56,699 nucleotides of DNA, filler included, from Sluysia triapertura (GCA_046118255.1; 4 parts of 4 records of this genome joined end to end with filler, not necessarily neighbours in it); one strand, 5' to 3'; positions 33,920 through 45,194 are shown, counted from the whole stretch's first letter. Made by a program: numbers and translations. The notes: a model not told the origin generated them from the letters alone.

Positions 33920-35990
33920 ATGGGAAGAATTGTTAATTATAAAATACCAACACATATTAATGTAATAAGCGATACGAAAAATAATAAAATAAAATTACGA
34001 CGGGATATACAAGAAGAGGATTATGGAGAAATTCATATCAATAACAAAAATTTAACCAAAAGGCAGAAGGAACAACTACATGAAGTTATACATCGATTTC
34101 CAAGAGCAATTTCAAAAAATAAATACGATATTGGAGATTCAGTAATTATAAAACATGTGATACCATTAACAGAGGATAAGGTAATTCGAAGAAAACCGTA
34201 TAGAATTCCTATTTGCAATCAAAAAGAAATGCAAGATCAAATTGACACTATGAAGAAAGCTGGAGTAATAAGACCGAGTTTCTCTCCTTTTTCATCACCA
34301 GTATTATTAGTGAAAAAGAAAGACGGTACAATGCGATTCTGTATAGACTTTAGAGAATTAAATAAGATAACAAGAAAAGATGTATTTCCCCTACCACGAA
34401 TAGACGAGATGTTAGACAAATTAGGGAATGCCACGACTTTAGATTTACAAAGCGGATATTGGCAGATAGAAATAGCGGAAAAAGACAAGCAAAAAACGGC
34501 GTTCACATGCGGAAATGAATTATACGAGTGCGAAAAGATGCCATTTGGTTTAACAGGTGCACCAGCAACGTTCCAACGTTGTATGAATTTTGTACTATCA
34601 GAATGTAAAAATGTCATGGTTATATAGATGACATTATAATATTTTCAAAGGACTTTAAAATTCATCTGGAAGATATAGATAATATATTAAAAAGATTGGA
34701 AGTTGCCAGACTTAAAATAAAGCCTACAAAATGTGTATGGGCAGAAGAAAAAGTTGAGTTCTTAGGACACATAGTATCTAAATATGGTATTAAACCAAAT
34801 CCAAGAAATATTGAAGAGGTAATTAAGTTTCCTCAACCGGATAACGTTAAAAAGGTTCAGAGTTTTCTAGGTTTGGCTAATTATTATAGAAGATTTGTTA
34901 AAAATTTTGCGAAAATTGCACAACTTCTTAGAAAACTTACAAAAAAGGATGTAGAATTTAAATGGATCGAAGAACAGATGAAGGCATTTAACGAATTAAA
35001 AGAACATTTAACTACAGCACCAATATTAATATTTCCGGATGTTAATAAACCTTTTATACTAACTACGGATGCTAGTAATTACGCTATCAGTGCAATTTTA
35101 GGCCAAAAGGATAAAAATAATCGTGAAACAGTTATAGCATACGCCAGGAGAAGACTTAATAAAGCAGAAATGAATTATTCAACAGTTGAAAGAGAATACA
35201 TAGCAATTGTATATGCATGTAAATTGTTCAGACATTACTTGTTAGGACAAAAAGTTTATTTGTATACTGATCATAAACCTTTAACATATTTGTATAATCA
35301 CCGAGATGAAGTTAGCAGACTCAACCGATGGTTTAATAAATTATCAGAATTTAACTTGGAGATTGTCTACAAATCTGGTAGTTTAAATAACGGGGCCGAT
35401 TGTATGTCTAGATTGACGAATGTAGATGATGAAGGAAATATCAATTTAATACAAATTATGTCAGTATCGGGAAATTTACAGAACTATGAAGATATTATTA
35501 AACATCAAAGAGAAGATAAAGAAATTTCGGCTATTCTAGATGGGTTAGCTAAAAGAACTTTAAATGAGTTACATTCAAAAAGATTAGCTATTATTGATGG
35601 AATATTGAGATTTAAAAATAATAAAGACGAATGGAAAACTATTATCCCAGAATCATTAATTATAATATTTTAATACAATTAGGTCACTTATCAACGAGGA
35701 AAACATTATTGAGAATTAAAAATAAATATTACAGGGAAAATATGGAATCAGATATAAGAAAATGGTGATGAAAAGTAGGTGATGAAGTACTCAAAGATTA
35801 TACGATAACTAAACCTGGACATTCGCCAAAATTACAAAAACCTTTTAAAGGATCTTATTTGATAACAAAAGTTACCGATACAAATTTGTTTGTTAAGGAT
35901 CCTAATAAGATTAATTCTGAAACGTTTGTGGTACATGTCAACAGGTGTAAATTAGCACCGAAAGAGGAATATAATTTAAGAAATAGAAAG
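33920..35990 (+). pseudogene. Gypsy pol: RT, RNase H and integrase remnants
   Basis: RT: KPYRIP, SPFSSPVLLVKKKDG..RFCIDFRELN, LDLQSGYWQI, MPFGL..APATFQR, and YIDD at 34621-34632 after a 1-nt frameshift. RNase H: TDAS, E, TDHKPL, ADCMSR. The integrase HH region (~35680) is joined directly to the GPY/F module (KLQKPFKGSY), with the DDE core deleted. Confidence 0.95.
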
Positions 35991-36119
35991 GTACAAAAAT
36001 CAAAATTAAAAATTCAACCAAGACATAATGATCGAGATAAACCGCCGTCAATTCATACACTAAGGAGTAATCAAGTGGTATTCATGATGAATTCTCATAG
36101 AAATGACTTAACTCATATA

Positions 36120-36470
36120 ATGCAAAATGTACGATTTAACGGACGATGGGTTAGAGCAATCGTAGATACCGGCGCTACTATTACTGTGGTTCATAAAAAC
36201 TTTCTAATTACTTGGGAATCAATATTCTTAAACAGACCAAGTCTAATAACATGTAATGTTAATCAAACACCTATAAATATCAATGGAACTTTATCATGTT
36301 ATATAGAAATATTAGGACAATATGTACAAACTGTAGCAAATGTTTGGGATAATAGCCCATATGAACTAATACTGGGAATGGATGTTATTAATAAATTGGA
36401 AGATATGGTTATTCATAGCATGTATGGATTTATAAAAATACCACCAGGTTCAAACATGATCATACCATAA
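36120..36470 (+). CDS. Second retropepsin-like aspartyl protease, downstream of integrase
   Basis: VRAIVDTGATITVV active site and YELILGMDVI C-terminal motif, in frame with the integrase C-terminus (ORF 35859-36470). Confidence 0.85.
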   Translation: MQNVRFNGRWVRAIVDTGATITVVHKNFLITWESIFLNRPSLITCNVNQTPININGTLSCYIEILGQYVQTVANVWDNSPYELILGMDVINKLEDMVIHSMYGFIKIPPGSNMIIP

Positions 36471-38925
36471 CTAGTAGTTCCACAAGACGGTGATTAGTTA
36501 ACTTTATATCAAATGCCAATGTCAAATCCACCACTACAAGTTCCAGACTTACCCGACATTGTCGAATCTACACTCCACTTATCAGATGTGTCATGAGGTT
36601 CACCATCATCAATTACATCAGAAGAAAATTCGGATTCAGGAATCAGTTCAGATAATAACTAATATAAGAAAAAGAAATTGTCTTAGTAAAAATCGTTTTG
36701 GGAAAATAACTTGTTGGCTTTCTATCCTAATTATGATTTTTCTATCACTAATAACTAATGTCATGGCAACAGAAACAGCCGAAGAATATAAAAATATGAA
36801 TATATCTACAAATCATGGCAGGGAACAAAAAATAATGATTAGTGACATTTACAACCAATATTGGAAATTCGAATTCATTTCTAAGAAAATGATTCTTTAA
36901 CACAAATTTGAAATTTATTGTATCTCTTTGAAACCATTATTAGTGGGAAAGCCACATCATTTGGACGGTATCCCACATTGTTTACATTACGGTTATAGAC
37001 AAATGCTAATAACTTTCTCTTTTGACACTCCAAGAAATACACGAGACATCCGAAAATTTATTAAGCAAATAGATCAGTTGAGTAATGAAGACACAACGAA
37101 AATACAGACAACCCTATCTGATTATAGTGCAATTGGGAAATCAATAGTTAATTTAAACAATTCAACTGCAATCGGTAAAATGGAACACTCTTATAAATTC
37201 TTTATAATATTACTAATTTTTTACATTACTATACTTATTTTGGACGATACTCTATGTGTATCAGATAGGTAAGAAAATACAGGTCCCGCGAACAACAAAA
37301 ATCTAATACCTTTAATTTTGATTACGATAATTACAGTAGTTCAATGTCACGAACAATCTTTTAAGACGGAGTATTTTGAATTTTATAATGGAAACAATGA
37401 AGCAAAAGTTAAAATATTAAATGAAAATGTTCATGCCAAATTTGCATGTTTGAAACCTGCCAGACTTAACTTTCGCTCATAGGTTATATACGAAAATTAT
37501 ATTAATAGTGAATTGAGGTATCCCGTCACGGTTTGCTCAGATATTTTACGTGTTGAAGATAGACATTATAGTGAAATACCGTCACTCATCAAAATACTTG
37601 CACTTTGCATTTAAATGTACAAGAAAACATCTAACAATATTGGAGGTATTACGGAATGATCCAGCGTTAATGATGCTAATTGTGGTGGCAATGCTATTCA
37701 TAATTGTTCTAGCTATAGTGGTATTAACTATTATTATGTTTGTTTCGAATAGATGCCGATATCCATGTCTATCGCATAACAATAATAATGTCGACGACGA
37801 CGCGTATACAGTTCCACATAGAAACAATTACGCTCCTCCTCCAGGTATGCCAATACTCCCACCTCCAATTTACGAATACGCTACAAACAATCAAATACCG
37901 CTTATATACGGAGATTGGCAAATGACTCAAGTAAAATCTACAATCTTGATATGTATCTACCTATCTTGTATATCAAGTACAAATTATTTATCAGAAAACT
38001 CCACGCCTAAAATAATTTTAGTCTCTACTCAAAAAGACGTATACGCTAGAATATTAATTGACGAAATTAAGTTATTTTCGGCCCGAATAAAATGTTGTAT
38101 AATGGATTGGTGTGAAATTGAGACAAGAGCAAGTAAACAGGATTCCTACTGGTTCATATCGTGTATCGATCTTGCTGAATATCAACTAATTAGTGTAACA
38201 ATAACTATGGAACTAGAATATGACTCCCAGAGTGACTCCAGGACTATTTTAATGCGATATTACAAGATAAGAACTAAACCATTTGTTTTTCGACAATCTT
38301 CAATAGTAGTTGAGTTTCCAATGATCATCTATCGCGATCTCCGAAATGTTGTACGCATATATAATCCGCTATACAATAATACATTATTGATCGCCTACAA
38401 ATTGAGTAATGGTTTACGTTATGGAATAATATTGCCTAATGAAACCATTCGCTTATATCATATTCCGAATTATATACTCATGTTTGTCAAATTCTGGATA
38501 ATAAGAAAAACAGAAATACTTAATTCTAAAGGATTCTAGCCAACAATTAGATATCACGACGAGCAGGTACCAATTATAGATAAAAACGAAAATGATTCTG
38601 ATACAAAATCAGAAAAATGCTTCTAATCAATAACAATGGTACGAATATAGCTTATGGCAAGCATAAGAACTTTAGTCCAGCCACTATCAGTAGGAATAAG
38701 AACGTAAGTCTGAATGCTACTAGTATAGATAAGAAAGTAAATAAGGAAAACACTAATTTTTCAATTATGAGAGAATCTAACAATAATTTCATCATAACTG
38801 TAAACTGTATTTTAATAATAACTTCTTTGTTAACCTTAATAATTAATTTTGTTATCCCAAAATTCTATTTGTTTATTAGGCATAGGGCTCATTTCTTTAT
38901 AATGGTTTTAATACATATTGCATAA
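36471..38925 (+). pseudogene. Accessory membrane polyprotein (several signal-peptide/TM segments, PPxY tail), mildly disrupted
   Basis: Frames continue across single stops and frameshifts. Hydrophobic segments lie at ~36710, ~37195, ~37300, ~37665, ~37935 and ~38790, with LPPPIY after the TM. The homologous relic has a sense codon where this copy has the 36898 stop. Confidence 0.7.
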
Positions 38926-39189
38926 TTGACCATATATACTCCCATTCATGTTGGAACATATGTGATATTAAAATTGATTTTGTAATATAGTAAGGATCGT
39001 GCATATGACTGAATGTGATGGTTTACCATCCATCTCGGCTCATGCACGAACTTAAAATTTTATATATGTGTAGGATTTTTCTTTTTAATTTTCTAATACT
39101 AAGTTTTTCTACAATTAATTTTGTTAATGAAATATAAAATTAAATGATTTTAATAAGCTTACTTATTTATAATTTTTCTGTACAATTTT

Positions 39190-40386
39190 ATGTTTCTCTC
39201 CAGTTACAGAATTAAGATGCAAGCCAGGATCCTGAACCAACCAAAAAATTTTTATCTCCACGTGGACAAATTCTGCCACCAGTGTATTATCCCCGCTTTC
39301 TTTTCTTGCTCTGTCGATACCCCTAACAACCTTAAGTCAGAACTAAATCTTAATCTGGAAACACCTTTGATTTCACTAGATGGCTTATCCCAAATTCCTC
39401 AGATGATAGATTCCTTGTATTTGGCTGTGGCACGAGGAGTAGTTAAGGTTGCACTAGTTGATAATGGGGTCCAGTTTCATACTCGTGCCCACATGTTCTC
39501 CTCACTATACATCTCAAAGATACACAAGAAGTGTAACATTGTTATCGAGGCTACAGAATACCCCACTTCGATTACCCTTCTTTTCCCATTGCTACCCTCT
39601 TCCTTCCAATCGTTTCTCCCTAATTTGTATAAGGAAGACATCGCTAATCTGACGCGATGGAGAAATGGAACGTCCTTTACGCATGTTCCACCTATGTTCC
39701 ACCGCTTGGTCTTCGTCGCATATTCGTACGCTTTCGATTTTTTAAATCAACCTCATATCGCCCATTTGTCCTGTGTTCCTTACTCCCGCCAATTTCCCAC
39801 AGATGTAAATATTAAATCTCGCCTGCGTATTAAGAATTTTGTGAAGGACGTTCACGAAATGAAGGATTCGGATATTTCCGAGGCGAAGGATGTTGACGAT
39901 GTCGGCCCTTTTCTGTTGGAACATATTCACGATAAAATTCTAGTTTCATTAAATCCTTGCCTCATCATCCGTGACCTGAATCTTCCTTTCGGGTGGCTTA
40001 AAGGAATTATAAACTTATCCAACAATAATCTTTTATCTTATACCACGGACAATGAAATCTTGAGGGGACGGCTTACTTTTAAACTGCTTTATCCCGTGCC
40101 TCCCCGGATGACATGCTCACGAATGTCATTCGAACTGGTGAGCCTTTTGGATCTGATTCGTGAGAAAGACCCGACCTTTATTCTCCCTCCACCATCGCTT
40201 TTTTCTAATTTCCCCCTTTTCTCCTCTACTAATACTCTCGTGGCACATTCTAAATCAACATTACCATCACTAACTACGACACCTCCCCAATTAACAGCCA
40301 CTCCATCAACATCAACTGAATTATTGCAGACAGCAACTACTCTACCAAACCATCTATCATCACATACTCAATTACATAATAAATAA
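39190..40386 (+). CDS. Intact orphan accessory protein of the gypsy element (likely start at ATG 39217)
   Basis: 398-codon uninterrupted ORF, GC-richer than its flanks, with a T/P/S-rich tail. The second ATG is preceded by a pyrimidine tract + CAG (39193-39203). A diverged homolog lies at 17980-18355. Confidence 0.8.
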   Translation: MFLSSYRIKMQARILNQPKNFYLHVDKFCHQCIIPAFFSCSVDTPNNLKSELNLNLETPLISLDGLSQIPQMIDSLYLAVARGVVKVALVDNGVQFHTRAHMFSSLYISKIHKKCNIVIEATEYPTSITLLFPLLPSSFQSFLPNLYKEDIANLTRWRNGTSFTHVPPMFHRLVFVAYSYAFDFLNQPHIAHLSCVPYSRQFPTDVNIKSRLRIKNFVKDVHEMKDSDISEAKDVDDVGPFLLEHIHDKILVSLNPCLIIRDLNLPFGWLKGIINLSNNNLLSYTTDNEILRGRLTFKLLYPVPPRMTCSRMSFELVSLLDLIREKDPTFILPPPSLFSNFPLFSSTNTLVAHSKSTLPSLTTTPPQLTATPSTSTELLQTATTLPNHLSSHTQLHNK

Positions 40387-40620
40387 CCAAAAATTCCTCA
40401 ATCACCACCGGAGTCTCCTCGACCAACACACATACCACGTGGATCGAATACAAAAATTCGTCAATGGAAGAAGAAATTATACCAATCTATGAGTAGCCCA
40501 CCGAAATTGACGATGTGGAGCGACGACTCCGAAGTGGACCTAGATGATTTTTAACTCATTATGATCTTCTTATTTGTTGTATTATCACAATACTTCCACG
40601 ATTCGAGACGAATCTTCCCG

Positions 40621-40632
40621 AAGGGGGAAGTA
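40621..40632 (+). promoter_or_regulatory. Polypurine tract
   Basis: AAGGGGGAAG just before TGTGAAA at 40634. Confidence 0.8.
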
Positions 40633-40633
40633 T

Positions 40634-41175
40634 TGTGAAATATAAAAATTTTGTTGTAAAAATTGTAAAAAATCAATTTTGTGTAAATATTGTCTTGTTT
40701 TTGTATAAATATTATCTTAAAAAAATTAAAAAAATTAATTAAAAGTATTTATGAAAATATTTAATATTATTAATTAAATCATAATTAGAATTTTAATTAT
40801 TGAGCATAATTAATCTAACGTATTTTAAAAATAGAATAAAAGATTACAAATTTATTATAAATATTTATTTTGAATAAAATTAGAAAATTTATCATACATA
40901 TTTATAAAACATTGAATAAACTTAGAAAAATTATAAATTTATAAATATTTAATATTTAACTCTATAATTAGAATTAGCTTGCATAAGAATATATGAAGAA
41001 AAAGACAAGTAAAGCCTTTTCACAATTTCTCAGTCAATAATTTAGTTGGACAAAAAGGTCGTTTAACTCTTGGAAATTTGGTATTACTGGTAACGCATAA
41101 TATATTTACCTAAGGAAAATTAAGGAGAAAACTAATATATTCAATTTATGATCTGAAGACGTTGAGAACAATCGA

Positions 41176-41212
<37 letters not shown>

Positions 41213-41275
41213 TCGTTTTTTGGAAAATTTATATATACGCAACTTAAGTAAGCTTATTCATATTAAGTTTTGACA
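40634..41275 (+). repeat. 3' LTR of the gypsy element
   Basis: Starts TG after the PPT and is AT-rich. Candidate ends are TTTCACA (41024) or TTTTGACA (41275). No 5' LTR is present for comparison. Confidence 0.55.
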
Positions 41276-41414
41276 TAGATAAGTGCCTCAAAATCTCACG
41301 CAAAATCTCCATTTGTTTTTGTAAAGCCAAAGATTACCTCTGGGTTAAATTTGAATTTAAAATATTATAATAATTAATCATTTGTATTATATAATCTACT
41401 TTTATTATATATAT

Positions 41415-43865
41415 TATAGTGGTCAACACTCATAATTTAAAATTATTCAAAATTTCTTGATCAATATTTACAAATTAAATTCCACTAAAATTCAAATTTT
41501 AAAATAATCATACTTTTCATTTTCGAACTAAACCAACATAAACATCATAAAACAACATTCGATATTTACAACACCCACCAACTCACATATATTAACAATT
41601 CAACTAATATTTCAACCATCTATAGCATAACAAACTTCGACATTTAATCTCGAATAATTCACAACATTTACCCACAAGACGTTTCAACAAACAAACCACA
41701 ATCACAATACAAAATACACAAATCATAAACATAACAACATTATTCATCAACGCTAAAAACATAGACTATTGCCATCTAAAACCTAAATCAACAACACCGA
41801 CCTACATCCACTTCATATACACATATTCATCATTCACAGTTACTCGCAATAACATTATAAAATATGAAGACTTATTTTGTAATCATCATTAAAATTAAAA
41901 TAACTTCAACTTTCCAATAAACATTTTAAACCATTAAATCTAATGCAAAAATCTTGTTTTTAAATTGTAAACCTTCAATAAGTTTCAATAAATTATTCTA
42001 ACATTCTCCACTTCACTTACAATCTAAACCATTACATCTGTTAAAAACAAATTTAAGATAACTTTAAAGAATTCATTATTCGACCTTGAAGCAACAACGA
42101 TAACCGACATTTAATATATCTTATTACCGTTGCTCCTTTACAGTGTATTATTTGTTTGTTGTTTCTCTATTAATTTTATCATTTTTATATGTAAGAAGGT
42201 TTAAAAATACAAAGAATAAGATCGTGTTTAAGAGTGTTAAAGGTTTATGCGTTTCTTTTAAAATTTTATAATAATAATAACAATAATTTTATCATTATTA
42301 TTATTATAATACTGTTATTATTATCATCATTATTGCTGTTATTATTTTATTTTCGTCAATACCTAAAAATAAAATAAATAAAATTTAATTATTGTAGTTC
42401 AGACTGGTTACTGCAATCACCAACACTGACAACCTATTTACATTTTTCATTAGGCTGTCAGCGTTGATGATGGTCGGTGATCAGACATAATTCACAGGAA
42501 TCGATTTTGTGTCACAAATTAGTTGATTTTTCTTATCGCCCAATCAGAGTGAATATAACTCTCAAAATACTTACAATACTCTGATTGGGCAGGCTAAAAA
42601 AAGAACTAAAACTAAAAAATAATCAATAAAAAATTTTTGTACGCACAGTTAAAAATTTTCTGACAACAATTAGAAAATTCCAGACAGTAAAAAATTCTCC
42701 AGACAAAATGGATCATCATTTTAGTAAATCATGTATTAATATTAATGCAAGAGCAATGCAGTTTTCATCGCATATTTTAACTGATCTTTTATGTCATTCT
42801 ACTCATTATATGATGAAAAATTGTATGGAACAAAAGGATAAAGCATTCTCAACAATCTTATCAACAGAGTTATCAACAATCTTATTATTGTGTTAAGAAT
42901 CAACCATTTTAAAGTGTACAATTTGGATTTGTCAAATGAGTTATCTGAAGAATTAAACAATATATTGTTATTTTTATTAAGACTACTAACGATGACAAGA
43001 CAGATGATTCATATCGATTTATAATTGAACCAATTCTCAAGATTAATGTAAACGATTGGAATCTACTCGAACTAAAACATAAATTGTTAAAGTCACTAAT
43101 ACCAAGCAGGTGGGCCCACTTTCCAAAATCTTTATGGTGTAATAATTACAATTATGATAAATACGTTATGACTCAGCTTCGTGTTCGACATGAAAATAAT
43201 TTTATATCATTCAGAATGCATATTAACAATCAATTTTCAATTTTAGTATATCATCATGAAGGAAATGAGTCCAGTTTGATGCGATATATTTTATACGCAA
43301 ATGTGACGTCAAAAAAGAGTTTAATTGATTCGACAATCAAATTATTGCGACATCGGTGTGAATTGACGGATTCAAGATTAAAGTTCATTTTGATTAAAAT
43401 ATCAACACTAGGAGATAGATATGTCAAGAGATGTAATTCAATTTATGATAAAGTCGGAAGTATGATGACAAAACCTTATAGATTAATCCAAACTCCTACT
43501 CTTTTGTTTTTTTCAGATCGTGTTACATATACATTCAATTTCATATGAAGTAGATGAAATGATTTTTAGAAATGTCACGAGATACATCTATAAGTTGGAA
43601 TATGCTGCAGATATCCTAAAACAAGAAAAAGCGATCTATGTAATAAAAACGTTTTATCTGAATATAAAGTATGAATCATCAATTAATTGTGATTTATCTT
43701 GAAACTTTTCAACAGTATCTTTTAGGGTCTCGAGTACCTTTCAATATCGTAGTGTGGAAAATTCAGCGATTTGCTTTATCATTGCATGGTGATATAAACA
43801 TAATTCCAATTAAATTCTGTGAAGTTTCATTTAATAACAAATTTGTAAGTCTTAATTCGATTTAA
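41415..43865 (+). mobile_element. Decayed element: C/A-rich leader, T-rich tract, hairpin/CCAAT module, broken orphan ORF
   Basis: TATAGTGGTCAACACTCAT start (family motif), inverted repeats at 42416-42471 and 42538-42590, and overlapping ORF fragments 42708-43865 consistent with one frameshifted gene. Confidence 0.4.
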
Positions 43866-45194
43866 TTATTTAATTGTCTTTTAGTCATTTTATCATTCTA
43901 AGGTTGATAAAAGATATACTGACATAAAAGTAAATAAAATTAATTACGAAATAAATATAAATCTCATAAATATAAATAAATATAAATACCAAACTTTAGA
44001 TTAAACAGTTATCTTATAGATACTTCATGCTTATTCTTATTCTGTAGAAAACCACTTAGCCCAATCCTTTTTATTGAAAACAAATATGTGCCCTCAAATA
44101 TAGCTTATGCCTTGAAGATTAATAATAAGTTCAAAAATAGATCTTCAAAACTTTGTTCATCACATTACAAACCCATAGTATCAACTATATCCACGATTGA
44201 GTTCCATTCTATCAAGTGTACACAGAAAAAAGTAAATATCAAATAATGTCGGTATTTAACGGATAATCAATTAAATAGCTCTATCAACTGAGCGATTAGT
44301 TAGATGTACACAAAGATGATCCCACTTAATTCAAAACACGTGATTAAAACATTTTCTTAATCAAAAGTAGATTGAGTTTATTAACATTTTGGTTCTCAGT
44401 AAATCGGATATAAAAAGTAGAAGATTTTGACATGCATTTTAGTGCTCATAATACGATTGTCCTTAAGCAAGTATTAAACTTACTAAACTGTAAAAATTAT
44501 CAATTTTCTCAAAACAATGTGGCATCTGAATTGTGACGAATGACAAATTGAATTTTATAAATTGAATAGTATAAAATGATTAAAATAGTGAAATAGTATT
44601 TTTACTGACTTTCATCCAATCAGTATTTCGTATGTGTGACACTTGATATTTAATTATATTTAAAATAACAATTAATTTTTCAAATTAAGATTTAAAAATT
44701 GTTTATTATTATTATTATTAATCAGATGAAGATGTGAACGTTATCTCAACCTAACAATTCAGAGCTTTAATTTAAACGAAGCTGCTGTAAATGTTTTGCA
44801 GTGGTTTTCCTAACCTTACGCTAAAAGAATAAAATAAACTTATAAGTGAGTTCACCAACGTACTAGGCTTACCGATTAGAGCTAGCCGTTAGATTTTTTA
44901 AATAAAAGAATTTTATTTGACGATTAAAAATTTCTTAATGCTCATGGTTTAATCCTAAAGCATTTGCTGGCTTAGTTAAAAATTGCTGTTGGCTTAATGA
45001 TAAAATGAAATTTGGAGGTTATAAAACTTTTATAATTCTATTATAGGTTCTATATAGAATTTATATAAGTTGATTTTACAAATAAGAATGAAATTTTGTT
45101 AAAACTTTAATGCACAGGCGAATTTTTGTGATTTTGAAGCTATATAAGTTACTGTCTAAATTCAAAACAAAAGTCGAATTTTAAATTAATCCTC

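Larger units (their letters stand above)
33860..41275 (+). mobile_element. Complex Ty3/gypsy LTR retrotransposon (5'-truncated) with multiple accessory ORFs
   Basis: RT-RNaseH-IN order, then extra ORFs, the conserved TTCGAGACGAATC block, PPT and a TG-starting LTR. The LTR end is approximate. Confidence 0.85.

Noticed and set aside
34033-34617. Antisense ORFs over pol, ORF X and SPOC exons (e.g. 34237-34617, 3199-3447, 4707-4910, 40089-40301)
   Set aside because: Shadow ORFs of real coding sequence on the other strand.
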